A stretch of 32,000 nucleotides of DNA from the NCBI RefSeq assembly GCF_000175255.2, contig NC_017262.1, positions 840,001 to 872,000 on the forward strand, read 5' to 3'. The translations under genes were made by a program, and so were the position numbers. This DNA is from Zymomonas mobilis subsp. mobilis ATCC 10988 (GTDB taxonomy: Bacteria; Pseudomonadota; Alphaproteobacteria; Sphingomonadales; Sphingomonadaceae). Positions within the stretch are counted from its first letter, which is position 1; every line of letters starts with the position of its first letter. The notes below the pieces were generated by a model. That model ran no database searches. It was not told where the DNA came from and was given only the letters and a program-made list of their open reading frames with translations. Positions 21,027 through 28,865 of this stretch are shown here, piece by piece.

Positions 21027-21338
21027 CTAGGTTTTGTTGACAAAGGAAGGTAACCACAATTTTACGGCCGCGAGATGAAGGAAGGCGAGAAAAGATTTTC
21101 TGGTTTTGTCATAGCGTGTGGCAATGCGCCTGAACTGCTTTAGCTTATTAAACATCCGCTCAATACGATTACGATCTTTGTAGTGCTGGAGATTATAAGG
21201 AATAGGCTTTTTTCGATTGGAACGAGGCGGGATAACAGGAAGGATGCCTCGAAAAAGCAGTTTTTCGCGTAACCTATCGCTATCATATCCTTTATCAGCG
21301 AGAAAACAGTGGGGTGTTGTGACAGGGATATCTATCAA
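21027..21338 (-). CDS. IS5-family transposase, OrfB; probably expressed as an OrfAB fusion by -1 frameshift, so the frame extends upstream of the listed ATG
   Basis: LADKGYDSDRLREKLLFRGILPVIPPRSNRK...YKDRNRIERMFNKLKQFRRIATRYDKTRKSFLAF. The same frame upstream reads EGFGRSRGGFTSKIHARSDGQGRPLAFALTGGEVSDYSGADSLID. Confidence 0.9.
   Translation of the reverse strand: MIDIPVTTPHCFLADKGYDSDRLREKLLFRGILPVIPPRSNRKKPIPYNLQHYKDRNRIERMFNKLKQFRRIATRYDKTRKSFLAFLHLAAVKLWLPSFVNKT
21030..21046 (+). repeat. Left terminal inverted repeat of the IS element
   Basis: GGTTTTGTTGACAAAGG matches the reverse complement of the right end at 16 of 17 positions. Confidence 0.93.
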
Positions 21339-21388
21339 GCTATCAGCGCCAGAATAATCAGAGACCTCACCACCGGTTAGTGCGAAAG

Positions 21389-21805
21389 CTAGAGGGCGGC
21401 CTTGACCATCGGAACGGGCGTGGATCTTGCTCGTAAAGCCTCCGCGACTGCGACCAAAGCCTTCCTTATACGTCCCCCTTTTGCGCCAGCCGCTTGGCTG
21501 TGGGCGCGAATAATCGTACTATCTATCATATGTTGCCAGTCATCTGTCAGGCCAAGGTCAACGAGAGTTTCAAGAAGAGCGTCCCACACACCCTGTTCTG
21601 CCCACCTACGAAACCGAACATAGATCGAATTCCATTTCCCATAACGTTCATGCATATCTCGCCACGGGCAGCCTGTTCGAAGCACATAAAGCATACCATT
21701 GAGAAATAACCGATTACTTTTGGCGGGACGCGCGCAGCGGCCTCGTTCGCTTGGAAGAAGACCCTGTATTATCTCCCACTCCGCGTCCGTCAGATCTCCT
21801 CGCAT
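21389..21805 (-). CDS. IS5-family transposase, OrfA
   Basis: 138 aa: MRGDLTDAEWEIIQGLLPSERGR...NGMLYVLRTGCPWRDMHERYGKWNSIYVRFRRW...MIDSTIIRAHSQAAGAKGG. Confidence 0.92.
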   Translation of the reverse strand: MRGDLTDAEWEIIQGLLPSERGRCARPAKSNRLFLNGMLYVLRTGCPWRDMHERYGKWNSIYVRFRRWAEQGVWDALLETLVDLGLTDDWQHMIDSTIIRAHSQAAGAKGGRIRKALVAVAEALRARSTPVPMVKAAL

Positions 21806-21861
21806 CCTATCTACCCTACAAAACTTGTTCTCAAGTTATCTCTAAAAATCTTAAATTATAC

Positions 21862-21878
21862 CCTTTGTCAACAGAACC
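21862..21878 (-). repeat. Right terminal inverted repeat of the IS element
   Basis: CCTTTGTCAACAGAACC, reverse complement GGTTCTGTTGACAAAGG. Confidence 0.93.
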
Positions 21879-22630
21879 TAGGCATTGCTATTCGTCTCGC
21901 CGAAGCAGGTGCAAAGGTCATTGTTAATGGCCGTCATCAAGAAAAATTAAATAGTGCAATTGCCGAAGTCAAAAAAGCCGCTCCAGAAGCCGAAGTTGTT
22001 GGCTTCGTCGGTGATCTTGGACAGGCCGAAGGCTGCGATGCCTTGGTCAAAGCGCATCCGGTTTGCGATATTCTGGTCAATAACCTGGGTATTTTCAGCC
22101 CCCAAGGCAATTTCTTCGATATCGGCGATGATTGCTGGCAGAATTTCTTTGACATCAATGTAATGTCCGGCGTTCGTCTCTCCCGTGCCTATGCCAAGAA
22201 AATGGCTGAAAAAGGCTGGGATCGGGTGCTATTTATTTCGTCGGAATCCGGCTTCAATATTCCAGAAGAAATGGTGCATTACGGCTTCAGCAAAACCGCC
22301 CAGATTGCAATCGCCCGTGGCCTTGCTAAAACGCTGGCAGGAACCGGCGTTACCGTCAATTCTGTCCTACCTGGGCCCACGCTCTCGGATGGCTTGAAAA
22401 AAATGCTGGAACCGGAAGTCAAAAAAACCGGAAAAAGCTACGAAGAAGCGGCAGCCGATTTTACCAAAAATCTTCGGCCTTCTTCCATTATTGAACGCGC
22501 CGCTAGTGTCGAAGAGGTCGCCAATATGGTGCTCTACGCCGCCTCGCCTTTGGCTTCTGCCACGACCGGAGCCGCTCTCCGGGTTGAAGGCGGTATCCTC
22601 AATTATCTCTAAAAATACAGCGATAACCGC

Positions 22631-22663
22631 AAAAAGGGCTGCCCTTTAGCAGCCCTTTTTTTT
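22631..22663 (+). terminator. Intrinsic terminator after the SDR pseudogene
   Basis: AAAAAGGGCTGC-CCTTTA-GCAGCCCTTTTTTTT. Confidence 0.92.
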
Positions 22664-23048
22664 ACCTCACATCTCAATAACTCAATAGCCTGAAAAAGAC
22701 ATAATGGCTTCGGCCTCTTCCACTACGCAGAAAGCTATTTCTCTTTTACATTCACAAAAACCGTCATTCGATCATCACCTACTCTCAAATAACGTTCCAT
22801 CGACCTCTGTATCTCTTCGAGACCTAAAGACTACCTAACGACAATCTCTCACTCTCCTCTAATCACCTCTACATTAGAGGCCTCTTTACTTCTGTTTTAA
22901 AGTATAAATGAATTAAATATTCAGTCACCAATGGCGTTATTAAAAATATAAATACTTATCACAAAATAATGCACTTAATATCCAATGATTTTTCATGGGT
23001 AAATAATATCACATTGCCCCAATCATTGGATTCTTAAAGGATACATCA

Positions 23049-23753
23049 ATGCCTTTATCCAATATCATCCCGGGACCAAGGGATAACTTACTTTTATATA
23101 AGGCTAGCCAAAATATAAATGTCAGAACAACAGCTTCAAAGGTAATCCAACCCACATCGAATTCATCAGAAAATAGCATCCAAATATCAGAAGAGGCCAA
23201 AGCCGCTTTTAAAAGTCAGAAAATGTCTAATACTGAAAACGCTGATAATTCTATCAAATCAAGACTTAACAAGCTCTTCCAAGATGCCCGCGATGAAGGT
23301 TTCTTCATCACTTTTGACTATTCTAAAGGCGGCGAGTGGCTCGATGTATCGTCTTTCACAGATGATGAATTGGCTCAAATGACCAATAATAAAGATCATC
23401 ATTTTTCAGGCGATTTATCCCTTTATGCGGGTGGGGCACTGGCAGAAAGAATGAAGATATCTTTAGAGCCCTTTGAACCAGCCGCCGAAATCGGCGATTT
23501 CCGTGGTGAATCCATGGCAATCAGGACATTATATAACCATATGAGCCAAAATGTCCGCGATGCTCTCGGATGGACAGAGAGCATGGTTGAAGTCGGTGAG
23601 GAAATGGCCAGCCATTCCGGCAAAGCCCTTAATAAATCACATTTAAAAACGCTCTGGGACATTCTGCTAGAAGTCGCCCAACAAGGCGGATTATCCCTTC
23701 AAAATAGCCCTAATCAAGACAACCTACAAAAATCCGATGATAAAGCTATATAG
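23049..23753 (+). CDS. Hypothetical protein, no family recognised
   Basis: 234 aa, no signal peptide, hydrophilic. The ORF sits in otherwise AT-rich DNA and has a balanced amino-acid composition. Confidence 0.65.
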   Translation: MPLSNIIPGPRDNLLLYKASQNINVRTTASKVIQPTSNSSENSIQISEEAKAAFKSQKMSNTENADNSIKSRLNKLFQDARDEGFFITFDYSKGGEWLDVSSFTDDELAQMTNNKDHHFSGDLSLYAGGALAERMKISLEPFEPAAEIGDFRGESMAIRTLYNHMSQNVRDALGWTESMVEVGEEMASHSGKALNKSHLKTLWDILLEVAQQGGLSLQNSPNQDNLQKSDDKAI

Positions 23754-23878
23754 CAGCGTTAAAATAATACCCTGAACATCATTACATCATTTTTTACGAT
23801 TATTACTCAAATGGACAATTTACAAACAATCTTATCTCACCCTATATCTCCTAAAAAGATCATATTTGTGGGAATTTT

Positions 23879-24361
23879 ATGGATAATATCATCAACATCA
23901 TCGCAGGCGTGATTGCACTCTATTTCATCGCCGCGATGCTCATGTTTTTCTACTGGCTCTATTTTCATAAAGGCAGCCTGAAAAAGGCCTTAATCCATAT
24001 CGTTGTTTCCTTGGGCTTACTTTGCCTTCTGGTGGGTGGTCAAATGCTCCGCTGGAAAAGCATCAATGCCCAAAATGCCGCAGAACAGGCCGCAAAAATG
24101 CCAAAAGCGGTTACCATTCAGCCTGACCTTTTAGCGATATTGCAGGCTAATCCCGATCCTGCTTCCGTTGAACCGACAAAACTCGCTGCCATCGCTAATT
24201 TAGCCGAGCAACATTTAGGCGAAGCTGGTAAAGAATATGAAGCGCCTTTGAAGAAATATTTCGTCTATTACAACAGCCATATTGCATCCGAAAAACTGCC
24301 TGACACAATGGCCGCTATCAAATTCGATGCACAACGCCGCAATGCTGAACGCGGTTTTTAA
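23879..24361 (+). CDS. Membrane protein of unknown function with two N-terminal transmembrane helices
   Basis: 160 aa; IINIIAGVIALYFIAAMLMFFYWLYF and ALIHIVVSLGLLCLLVGGQML hydrophobic segments, then a soluble domain. Confidence 0.65.
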   Translation: MDNIINIIAGVIALYFIAAMLMFFYWLYFHKGSLKKALIHIVVSLGLLCLLVGGQMLRWKSINAQNAAEQAAKMPKAVTIQPDLLAILQANPDPASVEPTKLAAIANLAEQHLGEAGKEYEAPLKKYFVYYNSHIASEKLPDTMAAIKFDAQRRNAERGF

Positions 24362-24503
24362 TCGCCCGATTTCAAGATAATCAGCGATGATATAGCCTCG
24401 GAAAGCGCCCTCAATCGCTTCCGAGGCGAAATGATAGATTACCCGACAATAACAGCCTTTCAAAAAGACAGATTTCGGCCTCACAAAAAAAATTGCGCTT
24501 CAT

Positions 24504-26669
24504 GTGAATGAAGGCTTGCAATATGTTGAAATCCTCCGCAATTTTATCTCCGTGTTGAGACAATATGAACTAGTCGATCGGGTTTTAAGCTACGATCCAA
24601 ACGCCGATGAAGCGTTGATAAACCGCGCCTATGTTTTCGCCATGAAAGCGCATGGCAATCAAAAAAGGGCAAGCGGCGATCCCTATTTCAGCCACCCGCT
24701 AGAGGTGGCCGGAATCCTGACCGATATCCATATGGATGCCGAAACGATCATAACGGCCATCCTGCATGATACTGTCGAAGACACTGGAACAACCAGCGAA
24801 GAGCTGGCAAAACTCTTTGGCTCAGCGGTGGCTCGTCTAGTTGATGGTGTCACGAAATTATCGCGAATCGAGGCACAATCCGTCACCGAACGCGCGGCTG
24901 AAAATCTCAGAAAATTCCTGCTCGCTATGTCAGACGACATCCGCGTTCTTCTGGTCAAGCTGGCAGACCGTCTGCATAATATGCGGACATTGCATTTCAT
25001 TAAAAAGGAAGAAAAACGCCGCCGTATCGCGCGTGAAACCATGGATATCTACGCCCCGTTGGCAGAACGGATTGGCATGTATGAATTCATGCGTGAGATG
25101 CAGACACTTTCCTTCCAATTTTTGGAACCGGAAGCCTATGCTTCGATCACAAAAAGGCTGGAACAACTCAACAAGGGTGATACGGGTCAGATCAAACGTA
25201 TCATCAATGGCATCGAGGAGTTACTTGAGAAAGCCGGTATCAAAGCCAAGGTATCAGGCCGCCAAAAACACCCCTATTCTATCTGGAAAAAACTGGAAGA
25301 ACGCCATATCAGCTTTGACCAGCTTTCAGATGTCATGGCCTTTCGGGTCATTGTCGATAATACAGAAGATTGCTATCGGGCATTAGGCATTTTGCATGGC
25401 AAATGGCCAATGGTGCCGGGGCGTTTCAAAGACTATATTTCGACACCGCGCCGCAACGGTTACAGCTCGCTTCATACTGCGGTCATTCACAATGAAAATC
25501 TCCGTATCGAAATCCAGATACGGTCACAAGCGATGCACGAACAGGCTGAATATGGCCTTGCTGCCCATTGGGCGTATAAACAGAAAACGGTGCCGGACAA
25601 ATTCCAGCAAAGCGGCTGGATTCGCGATTTGGTCGAAATTCTGGACAATGCTGAAAGCCCAGAAGAGCTACTCGAGCATACCAAAATGGCGATGTATAAA
25701 GACCGTATCTTCGCCTTCACCCCAACAGGTGAGCTTATACAGCTTCCCTTGGGGGCAACACCGGTCGATTTTGCCTATGCCGTTCACACGGATTTGGGCG
25801 ACCAAACCGTGGGTGCCAAAGTCAATGGCCGCGTGGTGCCATTAGGCACGCGCGTTGAAAATGGCGATCAAGTCGAAATTCTGCGTTCAGCCGCGCAAAC
25901 GCCCCAAATTTCATGGCTCAATTTTATTACCACAGGTAAAGCCCGCGCGGCTATTCGCCGTTTTGTCCGCCATAAAGAGCGGAGCGATACCCTTACCCTT
26001 GGAAAACAACTTTATGAAGCAATCATCAAAAGGCTTCCGGCTCCTCTTTCAGAAAACGCTTTAGAGGCAGCCCTTCTTCGCTTAAATCTGAAAGAAGCTG
26101 ATGATCTTTTTGAAGCCATCGCGCTTCGCAATATCACCGATGATGCCGTCATGGAGGCCTTAATGCCGGGTATGGCGCTTCAGGATGCGACCGCGCCACT
26201 TCCTCCCTTGGTCAATCATGCTATTTCAATCGAAGGCCTTACCCCGGGGGCGGCCTATGATTTGGCCGAATGCTGCCATCCCGTTCCGGGAGACCGGATT
26301 GTCGGCTTAAGAAGACCTCATGCCGCGATCGAAGTGCATGTGATCGACTGTCCACATCTCGCCGAAACCAATCCCGAAGATTGGGTCGATTTACGTTGGA
26401 ATGACAAAGCCGAAGGGGCGACCGTCCGGCTCAAAGTTATTGTCAAAAACCAAGCCGGTGCCTTGGGTGTGGTCGCCACTATTTTCGGTGCGCATAAAGC
26501 CAATATTATCAATTTGGTTTTGGCGGACAGGGATGAAAATTTCCACGTTTTCAACGTCACATTAGAAGTCCGTGACTTACAACATTTAATGCGAATTTTG
26601 GCTGCTCTGCGTGCAGCAGGCGGGGTTGTCCAAGCTGAAAGAGAGCAGCTTCCCTACGATCAAGCCTAA
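24504..26669 (+). CDS. rsh: Bifunctional (p)ppGpp synthetase/hydrolase (RelA/SpoT homologue, RSH)
   Basis: 721 aa, GTG start. HD hydrolase motif (ILHDTVEDTG), synthetase region (KHPYSIWKKLEERHISFDQLSDVMAFRVIV...GRFKDYISTPRRNGYSSLHTAV), TGS domain (FAFTPTGELIQLPLGATPVDFAYAVHTDLG) and C-terminal ACT domain. Confidence 0.95.
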   Translation: MNEGLQYVEILRNFISVLRQYELVDRVLSYDPNADEALINRAYVFAMKAHGNQKRASGDPYFSHPLEVAGILTDIHMDAETIITAILHDTVEDTGTTSEELAKLFGSAVARLVDGVTKLSRIEAQSVTERAAENLRKFLLAMSDDIRVLLVKLADRLHNMRTLHFIKKEEKRRRIARETMDIYAPLAERIGMYEFMREMQTLSFQFLEPEAYASITKRLEQLNKGDTGQIKRIINGIEELLEKAGIKAKVSGRQKHPYSIWKKLEERHISFDQLSDVMAFRVIVDNTEDCYRALGILHGKWPMVPGRFKDYISTPRRNGYSSLHTAVIHNENLRIEIQIRSQAMHEQAEYGLAAHWAYKQKTVPDKFQQSGWIRDLVEILDNAESPEELLEHTKMAMYKDRIFAFTPTGELIQLPLGATPVDFAYAVHTDLGDQTVGAKVNGRVVPLGTRVENGDQVEILRSAAQTPQISWLNFITTGKARAAIRRFVRHKERSDTLTLGKQLYEAIIKRLPAPLSENALEAALLRLNLKEADDLFEAIALRNITDDAVMEALMPGMALQDATAPLPPLVNHAISIEGLTPGAAYDLAECCHPVPGDRIVGLRRPHAAIEVHVIDCPHLAETNPEDWVDLRWNDKAEGATVRLKVIVKNQAGALGVVATIFGAHKANIINLVLADRDENFHVFNVTLEVRDLQHLMRILAALRAAGGVVQAEREQLPYDQA

Positions 26670-27098
26670 TTTCTGAGACCCGATTATTGCATGGTGATGG
26701 CTTGCAGGTTATAATATACTTGCAAGTCATTATTATGTGTTTTTTTAAAAAAACGAAAATATCAATTTCTATGATAAAAATTTAAAAACTGTCTTTAGCG
26801 TTTTTTATGATAAGAACAAAATATTGTCTATTTTTATTACAAAATTTAACAAAAATTCAAATTTTAAATAAAAATAACATGACTAATAATAGACAGAGGC
26901 CATTTTAGAAAAACAAAAAAGTAATAAATTGTTATACGTTATTTTATTTTTTATTAACAGATGAATTTTAAACCGTTTTAGTCGTTATATAAGACAGAAA
27001 AAGCTCCAGTTTGTCCGGTTTCTGCTGCATCCCCCCCCCTTTTGCTTTGAAACTACCCGAGACCGACGCGCTTACTAAAAGGTAAGGATAAAAATACC

Positions 27099-28412
27099 AT
27101 GTTGAATTGGTTTTCTACCCAAGCCCCTATCAAGACGAAATTTCAGGTTATCGTTTTAGGGCATCTTGTTATCTCCCTGTTGATGGCGCTTGCTATCTTG
27201 GGCAGTTTCTTCATTTTATCCAGCAATCCAGCCGCTATTTTTTCAGCCGTTGCCGGCATTTTGTTGAGTGTTGTTTTTTCCTATACGACCGGAAAAGCGA
27301 TCAGCGAACCTTATGTCCAAACGGTTGTCCGGATGGAAGAACTGGCGGCAGGCGATCTCAATAGCCCGATTCTCTTCCGCAATAACAAAGATTGTGTTGG
27401 CCGGATCACTCGCGCAATGGATGTTTTCCGCAACAACGCAATTAACCTCCAAGAAGTCACTAAAGGCCAAAGCGTTGTAACCGATACCTTGGCAGAAAGA
27501 TTGAACGGTCTTGCCCAAGGTGACTTGGCTTCTCGTATTACAGTCGCTTTTCCGTCTATCTATGAAACGTTGCGCCATAACTATAATGCAGCCTTAGATT
27601 CTCTTGCTGAAATAACCCGAACGGTTGCAGAATCCAGCAACAGCATTAACACCAGTGCGCGTGAAATTAGTGATGCTTCTCATGATCTGGCTCAGCGGAC
27701 AGAACAGCATGCCGCCAGTATCGAAGAAACGTCGCGGACGATGGATGATGTCACGAAAGGCATCAACGAAACGGCTTCTAGTGCAGCTCATGTCAACAAG
27801 CTGATGACCGAAATCAATCATGATGCTGAACAGGGTGGCGTTGTTATCAAAAATACAACCGATGCCATGGGTGGGATTGAAAAACAGGCAAATGAAATTG
27901 CTTCCATTATTGGCTTGATCGATGGCATTTCATTCCAGACCAATCTTCTTGCCTTGAATGCTGGTGTCGAAGCCGCGAGAGCAGGCGATGCCGGAAAGGG
28001 CTTCTCTGTTGTCGCAGCCGAAGTTCGGGCATTGGCACAGCGCTCTGCCGACGCAGCGAATAATGTTAAAGGCCTCATTACCACCAACGCCAAACAGATC
28101 ACCGAAGGGGTTCATCTGGTCATGGAAGCGGGTGATTTGCTGGGTCGCATTATTTCTCGTATTTCGGAAATCACCCAATCTATTCGGAATATTTCAGAAG
28201 CCGCCCATGCTCAATCCGAACGCTTACAACAAATCAATATTGCGATTGGGGAAATGGATTCTGTTACGCAACAAAACGCGGCCATGGTGGAAGAGGCTAC
28301 CGCTGCTGCCCGTAGTCTTGCCGAAGAATCCGACAATCTTTCCGGCCAAGTGGCTCGTTTCAATCTGGACAAGGCTAAATCAACAGGCGCAAAACAATTG
28401 AGCCATGCGTAA
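27099..28412 (+). CDS. Methyl-accepting chemotaxis protein with HAMP domain and minimal periplasmic region
   Basis: Two adjacent transmembrane helices, HAMP (VVRMEELAAGDLNSPI), and the MCP hairpin core IGLIDGISFQTNLLALNAGVEAARAGDAGKGFSVVAAEVRALAQRSADAA. Confidence 0.95.
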   Translation: MLNWFSTQAPIKTKFQVIVLGHLVISLLMALAILGSFFILSSNPAAIFSAVAGILLSVVFSYTTGKAISEPYVQTVVRMEELAAGDLNSPILFRNNKDCVGRITRAMDVFRNNAINLQEVTKGQSVVTDTLAERLNGLAQGDLASRITVAFPSIYETLRHNYNAALDSLAEITRTVAESSNSINTSAREISDASHDLAQRTEQHAASIEETSRTMDDVTKGINETASSAAHVNKLMTEINHDAEQGGVVIKNTTDAMGGIEKQANEIASIIGLIDGISFQTNLLALNAGVEAARAGDAGKGFSVVAAEVRALAQRSADAANNVKGLITTNAKQITEGVHLVMEAGDLLGRIISRISEITQSIRNISEAAHAQSERLQQINIAIGEMDSVTQQNAAMVEEATAAARSLAEESDNLSGQVARFNLDKAKSTGAKQLSHA

Positions 28413-28585
28413 TTCAGAAAGCTATATTTAACCGGATAGGGGGGCTTTTCTTTCTGTCTATCTGGCAAAACGGACGGAAGGTTTCTGGTTTTTTTAAATA
28501 AAATTTAAACCATTATTGCCGTAATATTTAACAACATTCCGTCTTCTGTTATTTCCGGATAGACCGAAAGTGTAAGGAAGAAGAA

Positions 28586-28855
28586 ATGCAAGCATTGCCT
28601 ACAAAGCTTGATACAGCACAGGCGCTTTCTCTCGCAACAGAGATTAAAGCCGATTTGGAGCAAAATAGATGGGTTCACCTCAATGGTAAATCCGTCGAAA
28701 TGGTAGGACAGGCTTGTCTGCAAATTCTTCTGGCCGCCCGTCTCACTGCAGAAAAGGCAAAACTGCCTTTTCTAATCGAAGACCCTAGCGAAGCTCTTCG
28801 CTATGGTGCCCGCCTTTTGGGCATCGAATCCCTGCTTTTCGTTCCATTAACCTGA
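28586..28855 (+). CDS. Small STAS-domain-like protein in chemotaxis cluster
   Basis: 89 aa: ADLEQNRWVHLNGKSVEMVGQACLQILLAARLTAEKAKLPFLIEDPSEALRYGARLLGIESLL, a STAS-like pattern, immediately upstream of cheA. Confidence 0.75.
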   Translation: MQALPTKLDTAQALSLATEIKADLEQNRWVHLNGKSVEMVGQACLQILLAARLTAEKAKLPFLIEDPSEALRYGARLLGIESLLFVPLT

Positions 28856-28865
28856 GGATGAGACC

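Larger units (their letters stand above)
21030..21878 (-). mobile_element. IS5-family (IS427-group-like) insertion sequence, 849 bp, two overlapping frames
   Basis: 17 bp terminal inverted repeats with one mismatch (GGTTTTGTTGACAAAGG / CCTTTGTCAACAGAACC), TA or CTAG target duplication, and two transposase frames with IS5-type domains (LTDAEWEIIQGLLP...; DKGYDSDRLREKL...NRIERMFNKLKQFRRIATRYDK). Confidence 0.95.
20964..22612 (+). pseudogene. SDR-family oxidoreductase gene interrupted by an IS element
   Basis: 5' part: MVKIDLTGKTAIVTGSSEGIGLG. 3' part after the IS: GIAIRLAEAGAKVIVNGRHQEKL...NNLGIFSPQGNFF...SEDGFNI-type region with YGFSKTAQIAIARGLAK. Removing 21030..21878 plus one TA copy restores one continuous reading frame. 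Confidence 0.93.

Noticed and set aside
22043-22612. ORF 22043..22612 could be called as an independent SDR gene.
   Set aside because: It lacks the Rossmann glycine motif and is the 3' remnant of the IS-interrupted gene, whose frame continues upstream to the IS edge.
24683-26560. ORFs at 24683..25042, 24841..25386, 25396..25845, 25855..26064 and 26318..26560 within the RSH gene.
   Set aside because: All are alternate-frame shadows of a confident 721 aa gene, with Ser/Arg-rich artefactual composition.
26704-26740. CTTGCA...TGCAAG flanking a TATAAT-like sequence after the RSH gene.
   Set aside because: Only 6 bp arms in AT-rich DNA, so chance occurrence is likely without further evidence.
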